A DNA stretch of 64,000 bases from a virus. Taxonomy: Duplodnaviria > Caudoviricetes. This document shows positions 1 through 12,100 of the stretch, one piece after another (position 1 is the stretch's first letter; every line of letters begins with the position of its first letter). The translations under genes and the position numbers were made by a program. Location of the stretch: the IMG/VR virus record IMGVR_UViG_3300022591_000002, one strand, 5' to 3'. The notes beneath the pieces are model-generated. The model had not been told where the DNA came from. It saw nothing but the letters and a program-made list of their open reading frames with translations, and searched no databases.

Positions 1-1614
1 TACTCGAGCCTCTGCTTGGTCCGGAATATTATATAACGAACTTACAGGATCAACAGGAGGTAACATGATGTTCAAGAAGTTATTGATAACAAATGAATCA
101 ACGTTTGCTTTACCTGTAATGTCTACTGTAAACACATATTTCTTGCTGGCCGCAATCTGTTGAACGCTGTCAACATAGCCTTTTGTAGCAAGAGTACTTG
201 TGCTGTCTGAAATTAATGTTGGTTTAGCATTGATAATTTTCTTACCGCTGATATTAATATTGCCTAACGCAGGATTATTGTTCATTAAAACTAAATCACT
301 GTTGTTAACCGTATTAATAGTCGATGTCGAAATACTAATATTACCAACTTGAATGTTTGTTAGTGTACCTACTGCTGTTAGGTCTGGAGCAGTTGTTACA
401 TTACTCAACGCTAGACCAGAACCACCAGCAGTGAATACTTGTGTTCCATTAACATACAAACTGTTAGGAGTTGTAATGTTTACATTAGAGTTAAATTCCC
501 ATGCTGGAATATTTGGTCTATACAAGATTGTATGATCTGTTGAGCCGTGTAGTACAATACCTGCACCATCTAAGTTTACATCTGGTAAGCTAGGATATGC
601 AAGTTCAATTAATTTGTTTTCAACCTGTAATACTTTAACTTCTACGTGAGTAGCATTGCTAATAATGTCTAGATTACCTTGAATTCTAACATTACCCACA
701 ACATCAAGATTATAATTTGCTGTTGGTGTGTCAGTCCAAATACCAATTTGTTTAGTAATTGGTTTGACTTTAATTGCTGTTACATCGCCGCCTAGGTTAG
801 TACTAGCTACTTGAATTGTTAAATCTTGATCTAGCGTACTGCTAGAAATAGTGTTGCCTGTATAGTTGTCATTGTAAAGTTGAATACCACCGTTGACTGC
901 AACTAGGCCGCCAACTGCAACTAATGTACCTGTAACAACCGCAGTAGTTGTATTAAAGAATGCAGTAATTTTACGTGAATCAACACCTGCAACACCACCT
1001 GCATTGGTCGCAGTTCCTTTAACAACTGCTGATGTTACTAGATTAAGACCTTGTACAACCGCTGTTAAACCGCCTACAGAGTTAGCTAACTGAAATGCTG
1101 TATCACTTAATATAGCAATTAATGTGCCATTGTTATATAGATTAGCAACAGTATGATCTACTAGTGTGCTATCCTGTAATGTTTCGATAACAAAACCTGC
1201 TTTTCCTGAAACATCTGAGTAACTTTTACCTGCTGGTGAATAAGAACCAGAAATACCATCGTAATATTTTAATTGACCGTTGACTGTGTCAATCCACAAG
1301 TCACCTGCAACAGGACCAACTGGTTGTAAGTTGCTGATAATAGGACCGCCAACTGGACGCGGTTGTAAGGATTCGTTGAATACATACAATCTACCTGCGT
1401 TGGTGTTGAACCAAATTTGTCCTGTCAATGGACTTCTTGGCGGTACTGTGTTAGCAAAGTTTTCTAATAGACCAATTAGGTTGTCGTTATAGTAAGTTCC
1501 GTAGGCATTGTAATTTTTACCTATCAAAGTCAAGCTAGAACTAACCTGATTAACTGTTTGATCAGGTACTGTTGCTAGGATATCACCGTTGGTTTTGTTA
1601 ATTGTATATGCCAT
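1..1614 (-). CDS. Tail/baseplate fibre-type virion protein, paralog of 1619..3586; truncated by the window edge (538 codons visible)
   Basis: Not in the ORF track. ATG at 1614 (cat at 1612-1614), and my hand translation is open to position 1: MAYTINKTNGDILATVPDQTVNQVSSSLTLIGKNYNAYGTYYNDNLIGLLENFANTVPPRSPLTGQIWFNT...NIPDQAEARV. The N-terminal module matches that of the neighbouring 655-aa protein (LKLVGQNY..YG...LVHLLENFA...PNNPIEGQLWFNT). Confidence 0.85.
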   Translation of the reverse strand, partial: MAYTINKTNGDILATVPDQTVNQVSSSLTLIGKNYNAYGTYYNDNLIGLLENFANTVPPRSPLTGQIWFNTNAGRLYVFNESLQPRPVGGPIISNLQPVGPVAGDLWIDTVNGQLKYYDGISGSYSPAGKSYSDVSGKAGFVIETLQDSTLVDHTVANLYNNGTLIAILSDTAFQLANSVGGLTAVVQGLNLVTSAVVKGTATNAGGVAGVDSRKITAFFNTTTAVVTGTLVAVGGLVAVNGGIQLYNDNYTGNTISSSTLDQDLTIQVASTNLGGDVTAIKVKPITKQIGIWTDTPTANYNLDVVGNVRIQGNLDIISNATHVEVKVLQVENKLIELAYPSLPDVNLDGAGIVLHGSTDHTILYRPNIPAWEFNSNVNITTPNSLYVNGTQVFTAGGSGLALSNVTTAPDLTAVGTLTNIQVGNISISTSTINTVNNSDLVLMNNNPALGNINISGKKIINAKPTLISDSTSTLATKGYVDSVQQIAASKKYVFTVDITGKANVDSFVINNFLNIMLPPVDPVSSLYNIPDQAEARV

Positions 1615-1618
1615 AGTC

Positions 1619-3586
1619 TTAAGTCTTTATTATGTAATTTAAATGCGTCAACGGATACATTGCATCCCCTGGATTAACAACAACGTTGCCGTTATCTGCA
1701 TTTGTGCCGCGCCAGGTTAAGTTAGGCACTTTAAATGTTGTACCGCTACCACCGTAGTTGTATTGAATTACTCTAAACAAATCCGGATATTCTGCACGAT
1801 TGTAACTTGCGCCATCACAAATTAACCATTGATGCTTCTTTCCGTTTAGTGCTGGATAGTTTGAATTACTTGAATAGTCGTTGATATACGAGTAAGATGC
1901 GGGACCTGCAAAAGGAATAATACAGCCTGTTGTGATTAATCCCTCATATAAATCAGATAGGAAATCAGATTTTTGTTGTTTTAATAGAGTACCGTTACCG
2001 TGTGCGCCTGTATCAGGGACGTTAGCACCGTATTGATCCTGTGCTTGTCTATAAATGACTAGTTGATCTGAAACTCGTGTTGTTGCTGTAGAACCACCTT
2101 GTACTTTATATACAAAGTCAGGAGTAGCTCTAGTTTCAAATGTAACATCTTGTAATCCGTTAAAGGATTTTGGTGCATAAGAATTTGTGCCAGCATCAAA
2201 AGATTCTAAAGCACCAGTAATACCAAAGTTACTTGATCTAGAAATTCTTGAAGCAGATGATGCATTACCGTTAAATGTTGCGGCAGAGTTATTTGGTCCT
2301 GTATATAAATTCGCATATACATTACGCCATGCTACATTAGTATCACCAATGTCATAAATGCTAGCCTGTGAAGGATTTAATACTGATGTATTTGAATTTG
2401 CCGCATTAGTTATTGGGCTTGATCCAACAGTTAACGGACCTCTTAGAACGTGTTCGCCAGTAACTACCAGTGTGCCGCCAATGCCAGCACCGCCGTTGAC
2501 TATAAGAGCGTTGCTACCTGTTGCAGAAATATTTTCGTTGCTAGATTGTACAATCAATGTTTCAACTGTTGCATTAGCAGATACGTGTAAAGATCCTGTT
2601 ACATCTAATTCAGCTGTAGGATTTAAATTGTTAACACCAACTCTGTTTGAGTTACCGTCGATAACAACAATAGGACTGTTAATATTGTTCTTAATTGCAC
2701 GGAATACAAATCGGCCACCGGATGTATTTCTAGCACCGTAGCTGTTTAAGAATGTTGCATCATATTGATTCTGTCTTTGTATTGCAAATGTAGGATCAGT
2801 ACCAATTGAAATACCTTGATCAGTATTGAATGTAACTAGGTTATGAAATGTTTCTGGTATATCTGTTCTAGCAAATGCGTCTGCTGTGATAGGAGATGCT
2901 GAAGTGCTTTGTAATAGACCCTTGGCCGCATTGGCTGTTCCATTAAAGGCCGCAAATAAAGGACTTTGTGTTGTTCCAAAGTTTTTATTAGTTACGTTAA
3001 CGCCGGTTTTAATTGTGTTAAAGCCGTCAATTGCCTGTAATGGTGTAAATGTATCTGCTGAAACAATTTCAATAGCATTGCCATTTACATAATTGATAAC
3101 AATATTATGACTTAGGCCTGCTAGGTCAGTTGATGTTGTAGCATATGGACCAGTTTTACTAGAGCCTGCATAGTTAGGCCCTATTAGAATAAATGTGCTA
3201 CCGTTCCAAATATATACTTGTTGTTGGTTAGTGTCAACCCAAATATCGCCAACGCTGGCGTTAGTTGGTGCAAAGGCAGATTGATGTACTCCGTTAACAG
3301 GTGCCCATGTAGCATTGTGGGCTGTTCCATCATTTACCAACAGTTTCTTATTCAAAGGATCACTGGTGTTAAACCATAGCTGGCCTTCAATAGGGTTGTT
3401 TGGTGGACTTGAACTTGCAAAATTTTCAAGCAAGTGAACTAGGTCTTCTGAAACCGCAGGACCATAACCTGGATAGTTTTGTCCTACTAGTTTAAGACTA
3501 GTATCTGTTTGATTCAAGGTACCATCAACCACTACTATAGGTGTAGTCTTACCTGGATCAGAATAATAAACGTTGTAATTCGCCAT
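1619..3586 (-). CDS. Tail fibre-type protein with C-terminal phage tail collar domain
   Basis: 655-aa ORF. The C-terminal ITTGCIIPFAGP...WLICDGASYNRAEYPDLFRVIQYNYGGSGTTFKVPNL is the tail-collar signature. Also has a fibre-type RVGVNNLNPTAELDVTG motif. Confidence 0.8.
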   Translation of the reverse strand: MANYNVYYSDPGKTTPIVVVDGTLNQTDTSLKLVGQNYPGYGPAVSEDLVHLLENFASSSPPNNPIEGQLWFNTSDPLNKKLLVNDGTAHNATWAPVNGVHQSAFAPTNASVGDIWVDTNQQQVYIWNGSTFILIGPNYAGSSKTGPYATTSTDLAGLSHNIVINYVNGNAIEIVSADTFTPLQAIDGFNTIKTGVNVTNKNFGTTQSPLFAAFNGTANAAKGLLQSTSASPITADAFARTDIPETFHNLVTFNTDQGISIGTDPTFAIQRQNQYDATFLNSYGARNTSGGRFVFRAIKNNINSPIVVIDGNSNRVGVNNLNPTAELDVTGSLHVSANATVETLIVQSSNENISATGSNALIVNGGAGIGGTLVVTGEHVLRGPLTVGSSPITNAANSNTSVLNPSQASIYDIGDTNVAWRNVYANLYTGPNNSAATFNGNASSASRISRSSNFGITGALESFDAGTNSYAPKSFNGLQDVTFETRATPDFVYKVQGGSTATTRVSDQLVIYRQAQDQYGANVPDTGAHGNGTLLKQQKSDFLSDLYEGLITTGCIIPFAGPASYSYINDYSSNSNYPALNGKKHQWLICDGASYNRAEYPDLFRVIQYNYGGSGTTFKVPNLTWRGTNADNGNVVVNPGDAMYPLTHLNYIIKT

Positions 3587-3591
3587 CGTGG

Positions 3592-4260
3592 TTATCCGGT
3601 TATATTAGTTAGAGCCTGTACACGAACTGTATAGTCAATCTGTAACATACGGTTCAAACTCTTTTGTACTGGGTGGAAGATAACGTGAGTTAATAAGTTT
3701 CCTGTTCCCGGACCGTTAGGGCCGTATGCTCTTAATCCTAATTCGTCAAAAACAAAGTTGCTGTTTAATTGAGTAGCTGTGTCAAATGCTTGCTGACCGC
3801 TTGGTTCACCAAAGTCAAGTAAGCAACTTACTAGAATGTCTGTATATGCAGTACCTGTAATATGACGTACATCCATAAAGTTACGACTAGGATCTAAATC
3901 GCCAGGATTACTTGCATCAACTATCTTAATATAAGTTTGATTGTATAAATTAGCGGCTGTTCCTACAGAGTTGGGTGTCAAATATGTAATAATACCAGTT
4001 GGGTCAACCCGAGTTCCGCCGTTACCAAAGCACATTTCAGCGATCCAACCTTGCCCTTGATTACTTACAGCCTGCGCTAGTGCTAGACTAAAGTTCTCAT
4101 AGTGGATTGCATTTGGTTTATCGATAAACACTTCACCCGTTTCTGGATTGAATATTTTGATATGCCCACGCAAATAGATACCACTAGTTTCATCTGGTGC
4201 GGTTTCTGCTTGGGTTTCTTGCTGATTCTGAGCTAGGTTTTGTTGATTGATCTCTTCCAT
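3592..4260 (-). CDS. Conserved virion/baseplate-region protein (222 aa; start revised from 4302 to MEEINQQ at 4260)
   Basis: The ORF-track start overlaps the upstream gene. ATG at 4260 lies 5 nt downstream of a TAAATA motif (4266-4271), the same geometry as other late genes. Function inferred from context only. Confidence 0.6.
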   Translation of the reverse strand: MEEINQQNLAQNQQETQAETAPDETSGIYLRGHIKIFNPETGEVFIDKPNAIHYENFSLALAQAVSNQGQGWIAEMCFGNGGTRVDPTGIITYLTPNSVGTAANLYNQTYIKIVDASNPGDLDPSRNFMDVRHITGTAYTDILVSCLLDFGEPSGQQAFDTATQLNSNFVFDELGLRAYGPNGPGTGNLLTHVIFHPVQKSLNRMLQIDYTVRVQALTNITG

Positions 4261-4282
4261 AATGATATTTATCCAGTTATTT

Positions 4283-6187
4283 TTATTGTCCGATCTGTCC
4301 ACCTAAAGGAGTGTTAGTCCAAGGGTGTTTAAATGCGTTAAGTGTGTACATAATTGACACAGTATTAGTATTTGTTGATTGAGGGATCCAAGAAGCAAAC
4401 ACTCGATGAGTAGTATAGGTAGTTGTTGACACATCTACGTTTGATACCCAGTTAATATTGCTAGTTGTACTGCCGTTCACATCGGCACAATAACTATACT
4501 GCTGTTGTATATTATAGGCTCCGCCTGGAATTGCTGTTCCAACTAGGCGAGCTCTGTAAGAACGAACAGGTGTAACATTAGTTGATGTAGTTGTAGGGTA
4601 TTCAATAGCATCAATATCAATGTCAAAACTTGTTGGACCGTATTGACCAGGGTTAACAATACCAATGTAACCTACAGCGTTAGTTAAACTAAACACTTCA
4701 GTTACAGTCATAGCATAAGGCACAGCCGAAACAACACCGCCGTTAACGATTGCAGGAATAGGGTTTGACGATCTTACGTTCCAGATATTGTTAGGGTATA
4801 CTGTAGTTCCGGGAACTATGGTGCTATCTGATTTTTCGTAATCTCTGTATGAAAGTCCAGAACGCAATCTAGCAGTATCTTGTCCTGCATCGTGATGTAG
4901 CTGTCCTTTAACACTCAATCTGTTAGTTACTGTACTAATGTAGCTTCTTTGATAATTAATTGTCCAGTTTGTAGCTGTGTTATACGCTTCAACTACGTTA
5001 GGATATGTTGTATTTGCAGGAGCATTTGGATCAACAACTTTAATAATGCCTGCCATAGACAAGTGGAATTGGCAGTTATAGTATAATGTACTAGGTGTAT
5101 CGTTAGCTACTACCCAAGTAACAACACCTGTATCTGTACCGTTGTTTGTAATGCCAACGTTATATTGATTTCCAGTTCCTCTGCCAGCAACTGAATTAAT
5201 CCAGAACGGATGACCTGCCGCATTAAGATTAAATGTATATGTGTTTCCTCTAACTACCCACACAGTTGCATCATTTACACCGTCAACAGCATAGGCTTGG
5301 TGAGGAGGAACAACGTCAATAATAAATTGATGATTGTTTGCTTGTCCTTGTACTGATGTTTCGTAGAACGCACTAACAGCAGGAGTCCATGTTATGTACT
5401 GTTGACCGTAAAATACCGACCCATAGGCCGCCGGTGTAGCGGCGGTAATTGTAGCTGTGTATGGGCCGCCGCCAGTATCGTAAGTAAACGGGCCAGTAAA
5501 TGTAATTGTGGTTCCAATTATGTCACTTGCTTGATGCAGGCCTGCAGGTAATGCCATGTAGCCTTTTGTAAATTTCCAAGTGCCTGTTTGTGGAACTCCA
5601 CTGGTACCAGCTGTAGAATCCGCTGTTAGTGTTACAGTTGCAGTTGTAGCCGCAATTACAGGAGCTCCGCTAACATTTAATGTTCCATCGGACACTACTG
5701 ACAAACTTGTACCAACTTTAATACCACCCAATGCAGATGACGTAGCAGGAGTTAACGGTACTGCTGATGCACTTAAAACACCAGTAGTTGAATTAATCGA
5801 TAATCCTGCACCTACTACAATACCGCCCAATGTACTTGTAGTAGCTGTTGTTAAGACAAAACTATTTTGTGCGCTGATTGTTCCATCAGCAGTAACACTA
5901 ATATTCGCACCAATCTTAACGCCGCCCAAACGAACGCCTGTTGCTGTTGTTAAAATAAACGAAGCACCTGGATCCCCTTTTGGTCCCTGCGGACCTTGAA
6001 TACCCTGTATACCTTGCGGACCAGTATCTCCGTTTGGACCTTGAGGTCCTACAGCGCCTTGCGGCCCTGTTAGGTTAGTTCTAAGAAAACTATAAGTTAG
6101 TTTTTTGCTGATACCGCCATCAACTACAAGGAATGTAGATTGATCGCTTAGTTGGGTAACAACGGGCAGTTGTGTTATTTTTGTCAT
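4283..6187 (-). CDS. Fibre/whisker-like protein with collagen G-X-Y repeats, ATxxxLGGI repeats and a cupredoxin-like domain
   Basis: GPQGAVGPQGPNGDTGPQGIQGIQGPQGPKGDPG collagen tract; three ATxxxLGG(I/V)xxG repeats; GHPFWI...YYNCQFHLSMAG segment. Confidence 0.75.
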   Translation of the reverse strand: MTKITQLPVVTQLSDQSTFLVVDGGISKKLTYSFLRTNLTGPQGAVGPQGPNGDTGPQGIQGIQGPQGPKGDPGASFILTTATGVRLGGVKIGANISVTADGTISAQNSFVLTTATTSTLGGIVVGAGLSINSTTGVLSASAVPLTPATSSALGGIKVGTSLSVVSDGTLNVSGAPVIAATTATVTLTADSTAGTSGVPQTGTWKFTKGYMALPAGLHQASDIIGTTITFTGPFTYDTGGGPYTATITAATPAAYGSVFYGQQYITWTPAVSAFYETSVQGQANNHQFIIDVVPPHQAYAVDGVNDATVWVVRGNTYTFNLNAAGHPFWINSVAGRGTGNQYNVGITNNGTDTGVVTWVVANDTPSTLYYNCQFHLSMAGIIKVVDPNAPANTTYPNVVEAYNTATNWTINYQRSYISTVTNRLSVKGQLHHDAGQDTARLRSGLSYRDYEKSDSTIVPGTTVYPNNIWNVRSSNPIPAIVNGGVVSAVPYAMTVTEVFSLTNAVGYIGIVNPGQYGPTSFDIDIDAIEYPTTTSTNVTPVRSYRARLVGTAIPGGAYNIQQQYSYCADVNGSTTSNINWVSNVDVSTTTYTTHRVFASWIPQSTNTNTVSIMYTLNAFKHPWTNTPLGGQIGQ

Positions 6188-6190
6188 TTT

Positions 6191-9100
6191 TTAATCACCT
6201 TCAATTGGGTTTCCGTTCTCATCTTGTAATACAGCTTCTGTTTCTAGGATAATTACCGCATCACCGCCGAAGTAGTTGTCATCTGGCAACTGAGCAGTAT
6301 CTTGCGATAGGAATCCTCGTACAGATTCTGTAAATTCTTGTCCTGGTCTTAATACTATTTGGCTTGCATGTGCAGGGTCTGCAAATTCTGATAGCTTGAA
6401 CATACTCTGACCAACTCGTTGTCTTACGACTAATTCTAATCCTGGCTGAACATCAATATTTAACTGTACTGTAGGAGTTGTTAAACTATTTGTTATCGTA
6501 AACTCTGGCATAATTACCACACTACTCAAGTTGCCGCTACTGTCTTGTTGATTAGAATCGTATGCTACTGGATTGAATACTACTACTGTATTTGTAGTAG
6601 GTTTCAGCAGTCTGCGTCCGCCGTAGAACACATCAACTTGATCCCAAGGGTTAGCAAGAGAGTTAAAGTTAATCATCTTGTCAGCACTTGTATCCGATGG
6701 ATTTAATACAAACGTAGTGTTTGTATTTGTTGACATAAACGTCTGAGTGATTGTTCTTTCTGCAACAGGAACATTTACGCCCGGGCCTTGGTCAATTACT
6801 TTTGTGCCAGATGGATATCCAGATCTTGCACCTGTTCCCATAGTACCACGAGTAAGTTGTCCTAACACATTGCCAAACTTAGTAAAGTATTCAATACGCT
6901 CACCGGCAACATAAATGATACCAGGTAAGTTCTTAGCTGGGTTAGGATCACTTAATACTGAACCATTTTCAACTAGTATAGTGCTATCAGTAATTAACAA
7001 CGGATTAGCTAGAGCTGTTGTTGCTTTATCACCAATGCGCTTGATACTTGTGCGACCTAAAATGTCTGTAAACATTCTATAGGTCATGCTACCAATAAAG
7101 GCATTTTGACTCATACTTGTAATAACAACTGTGTCATTTGTGCCGGTATAGAAACTTGGTCTGATAGTAATTGTTACACCGTCGCTAGCAACTGTGTAAT
7201 CAATATCTGCAATTAGACTCTTTTGATTGTACTCAACCCAGATGTAAGCGGTATCAAACACAGGTCTTTGAATCTGATATGTGTTTTGTACATTACCTTT
7301 GAATTTTTCTTTTCTAATAAAATCACCATCGTGATTGGTAAACGATGTAATTCTAATATTATCGTTAGGAGTTCTAGTTAGATTTTGCAATAATAATTTG
7401 TTATTGCTAATTTGATATTCGTAGTTGTCAAAGATTACAAAAGCAAGTGCATCTCCTTTCTGTAAACGACCTTCTGGGAATTCAACAATACCTTGTGCAG
7501 AATTCAAGAAATAGTTTAGAGGAGTTTGTTCTAATTTTTCACCGTTTAACCAAACTTCAAATATTGAATTATCAATTTGACCCTTAGTATAGTTAATGTC
7601 TTGATTTAAACTATAACCCTGTGCATCAATAATAGTCCACTCAATTGTTGATCCTGGAGGATAAGCATTTGTATTTCCTGGAGGATAAGCAATTATTGTA
7701 CCTGTAGATGTAGCGGTTGTAAACTGTGCAATAGTTCCTGTGCCTTTTAATTGGAAGGCTTTTAAGTTGTCTCCAACAATATAGTAAATTGTTGAAGGAG
7801 GAATTAATCTACGGCCATTAAGTTCAACAATCACCTGACTGCTGTAAGGACCTGCAACGCCTGGCGGTTGTTCTAAGTTGAACTGAATGCCCTGCGCTCT
7901 TGGAATTACTTGTGTATATACTTCGCCGCTGGCTTTGAATGGAGCATCAAAATACCAAACTTGTGTCTTATTCAACGCGGCATTGTTAATACCTTCAATA
8001 ACACCTGGTTTAATAATATTTAGATATCCACGAGGATTTTCTTCGTTCTCTCTGCCAACGGCCTTAGATAAGGTATAACCGTAAGTTTGATTTCCTGCAC
8101 CTGTAAACTTAGGAACTGGAATACCGTTTACTGTTACGTATACGCTACCAATGTCTTTGTAAGCTACTGGAGACAATACGTTGATAGTACGGGCCGCACT
8201 AAACACAACCTGTTTGTCCAACACGTTAACCCCGCCAACATCAAACGAACTAATGCTTAAGAAATCAGGACCAGGTAATGGAGCCAACAATCCCAAGTTA
8301 TTATTTGTAATATCTAACACATAGTCGACACCAAAGTGCAATGGCTTATTGCCAGCTACCACAATTAAAGAACTTGTGTTAGCAATGTTGCCCATGTTAA
8401 ATGACTGTGTCTGTCCATCTAACTGATACTTGTAGTTTTTAATAACAGGAGCACTTAAGAATTGTGTGTTGTTTGTTGTTGTGTTAACGCTAAACACGCT
8501 GATAGCAACAGACTCTTGAATTTCTCCAGGAATCATTTCTTCTGGCGCATGGCTAGCGTTAGCTGATAAGAATGAATCACCGTCAATAACAATTTCAGAT
8601 GCGCCAATACCTAAAATAACTCCTTGATCAAAGTTACCGCCACTCATTAGGGTATCTAGACTTTCTTCGTCAGTTGGAACTAATGTGCCGTCATCTGTAG
8701 AACTTCTAAACACTACAATATTGTTAGATGTAGAAATGGTTGTAATTCCAATACCAAAGTTACCTGGATCGGATGTATAAGATAATGTAACAGTGGTAGT
8801 TGATGCAGTTGTAGCAACGTAAGTACCATTGTATAGATCGTTACTGTTACCTGCAACAATCCAGTTACCTAAAACAGGCGCACTGGTTTGTGTAAAGATT
8901 CCTAAGGTAACTGCAAAAGGTCCTGTTCCTGTTTTACTTACAAAGTTAGTAACAGTTGTAGTTGGTAGGAATAAATTGTGTGGAATATAAACTGTACCAT
9001 ATGTACCTGTACCGTGTAATGGTAGTGTCACCGCTCCGGTTGCTGTATTATCAATACGGATTCCGTTTAGATAGGTATTAATAGTTGTACCTGTACTAAT

Positions 9101-12100
9101 CTTGAACGGTGTTATTACTGCTACATTGCCATTTGTTAAGTAATTTATTTGAGATGTTAAACTAGCAATTTCACCGTTAACAAATGATAACTGAGTTTCT
9201 ACGTCACCCAATTGTGAAATTAAAGTGGAGTAGTAGGGATTTGGAACCTGTTGAACTCCAAGACCTGTTGAAACAGTAATAAACTCTGGAACACTACCCA
9301 GTGTGTTGGTAATATAAGCAATTTGACTTGTTAAACTGTCTCGCTGTGATTGTGCCGCACTACGCTCAGTTAATAACAAACTTGCATCATTATTTGTAGT
9401 ATTCTGAGGATTTAGCACAACTGCATAGTTTTCACTAGGAGCATAGTTATCCCAAGATGTAGTCCAGTACGGCAACACTCCAAAGCCACCGGAGAAGCTG
9501 TATGGCAATGTATCTACTTTAACTGCCGGATAGTCAAATCCTACCATTAACTGACCAAGTTGGTTAGCACCAGGCATACCCGACATTGGAGCATAGTAAT
9601 CTTGTATTCTATCAACGGCTGTAAACAAACTAACGTCTTTTGGATATGTTATTTCAATCTTAGTTTGTATTGTAGGAACTGCATTCAACTGTAGAATTGC
9701 AAATTTCTTGTTGTACGAAGTATCTGCTTGCTCGTATGTAGTTGTACGGCCTGTTGGACTGTACATAACATATGATGAACCTGTGTTTGTTACAAAAGGT
9801 TTTTCAGAAGTTATAATAGAGAACGAATCTGCTAACTGTAAAACTCCGTTTATAGTTAATGTAATAAGTCCTTTGTCATGTGATGGTACCCATGTTAGTG
9901 GGAAACGATATGCACTACCGTCGGCTGTAAACTTATCAGTAAAGTATTTGCTACCAATTTCTCTTCCAAAACCCACACGGTCAAACTTTAATGTTACTGC
10001 TGTAGAGCGAACTTTATTATTTGCTAACTGTGCATAGGCTGTTGCTGTTACTACTTTTGGACCTCCTCCGCCTGTAATTACAACAGTTGGAGTTGATGCG
10101 TAGCCTGATCCAGGGTTGGTTACAATAATCTTGTAGACTGCACCGTTAGAAATATAAGCATCAGCAGTTGCGCCAGAGCCTAAGTCGCCAGGTGCTGGAA
10201 TGATTTGAACCGCTGGAGCAAACTGATATCCAGAGCCGCCGTTGGTTACTAATATTTCTCCAACGTGGTAAGCATAGTTTTTAAACCAGTTATTCCATGG
10301 AGCAACTAAAAGTTCACCGTTACCAAAGCCTACTGTACGGAAACGTTTCTGATTCTGATCCCAATAGCTAGGTAAGTCAAAGTCTGTAACTAGTGTACTG
10401 CTGTATTCAGTTGCTGTATAGTTTACAGTAAAGTTACGAATCTTAGTATGGTAAGGTTTAACTTCGTTAATGTAAGATTCATAGTAACTACTGTCTTGTA
10501 GTTTATATGTTGGACGTTGATCTAATTGACCAGCATGATTAGTTACGCTAATAAACGTAGTCTTAAATGCCCAGTCTAGATTCTTCTGTTCGCTAAACGC
10601 ATACTTAACTGCCTTAAAGAATAATGTATTCCAATTTACTTTTAGATCAGATATGAATAGATCTTTTCTTAACGCTTCTAAGATATAGAATAGTTCTGCG
10701 TCTGGGGTTTGGTCAAATTCAGTTTGGTCAAATGATGAAATTTCGTCAAACGCATATACAGAATTAACAGTATTCCATAGGTTGCTGGTAATTTGAATAG
10801 TACCGTTTTCGCTCACCATTAGATCCCAGTTAGCATCAAATGTACCTACAAGGTTACCTGGAGCAGTTCTTCTTAGGATTAGGTATCGGCCATCGCCGCC
10901 GTTTCTAACTTTTACATAGTTACCGGCTGGTAGATCTTGTACAATATCTAATTCGTATGTGCTATCAACTGTAGTGATAGGAGGCTGTAATGCATTGTAT
11001 GATGGATCGTACCAGTTTACATAATTCCAATAGTATGTTGTATTGAACGTTTGTGTCTTAGTCTTACTCCATTCCTGACGTCTAGCATTCCATTGATAGA
11101 TTGACCAACGGCCATTACTATTACTATCAGTTTGAACTGCTATAGTGTATGGACGAATGTTTGCGGTCGCCGTTGTGTAACCTGAACCAGGATTGATAAT
11201 GTCAAAGTTAAAAATTCTGCCTTGACTGTCTATCATAGTTCTTATAACTGCGCCTGTACCGTCACCTGTAATTTCAATATACGGTGCATTGTTTGGATTG
11301 TATCCGTAACCTGCATTTAAAATATTAACAGTATCAATACCACCGTTAGTGTTAGGAACAACTTCAACTACTGCCTGCACAAAGAATTTAGTGATTGTAA
11401 AATTCAATGTAGCAATGTCAGGAACTGTTGTATCGTAAAGTCCTAAATTTGTTGCTGGAATTTCTTCCATAGCATTTAAATTATCAAATTTACGAACTCC
11501 GTTGATTAGAGTTTTTGCTAATACGGTGTTTGCATATTCAAAGATATTTCGCATAGCTTCAAATCTGTCAACAAACATACTTTGGCGCGGACGGATTCCA
11601 ATGCCGTACTGCAAACGTTTTGGTAATGATGGATCAGGAACTGCGTTACCTAAAGTGTCATGACCTAAAATACTGTCAATCATCTTTTGCTCTAGCATAC
11701 TGTTAGGCATGCTTTCTGGATTGCCTTCCTCGACTAATAACCATTCTGTATGAATAGCAGTAGGATTGCTTATAGAATCCATTTCAATAGCAAGATGAAT
11801 ATTTTCAGATACTAATGAATTCTTATAGTTGACTAATGCTATTGCACTAGGGCCAACTATTGTTGCATAACGTAATCCCTGTGCTTGCGGATTACTAATA
11901 ATACTAGCAACTTCGTAAGCACTAATTCTTCTGTTAGTTGATGCAGGAATAACTGTTTTGTTCTTGACCCAGAAATAGTAAATGTTTGTAAATGAACTTG
12001 AAACAGAATTATAAACTTGTTTTACACTCATTACCGAGTTGTCACCAAATTTTGGTTGTCCGCTTACGCCTAACGCAAGGCCTTCTGGAGTATCTGCTAA

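Noticed and set aside
3587-3598. GTGGTTATCCG shared between 3588-3598 and the 52882-52892 leader
   Set aside because: At 3588-3598 it lies on the non-coding strand across a stop codon and gene junction; most likely coincidental.
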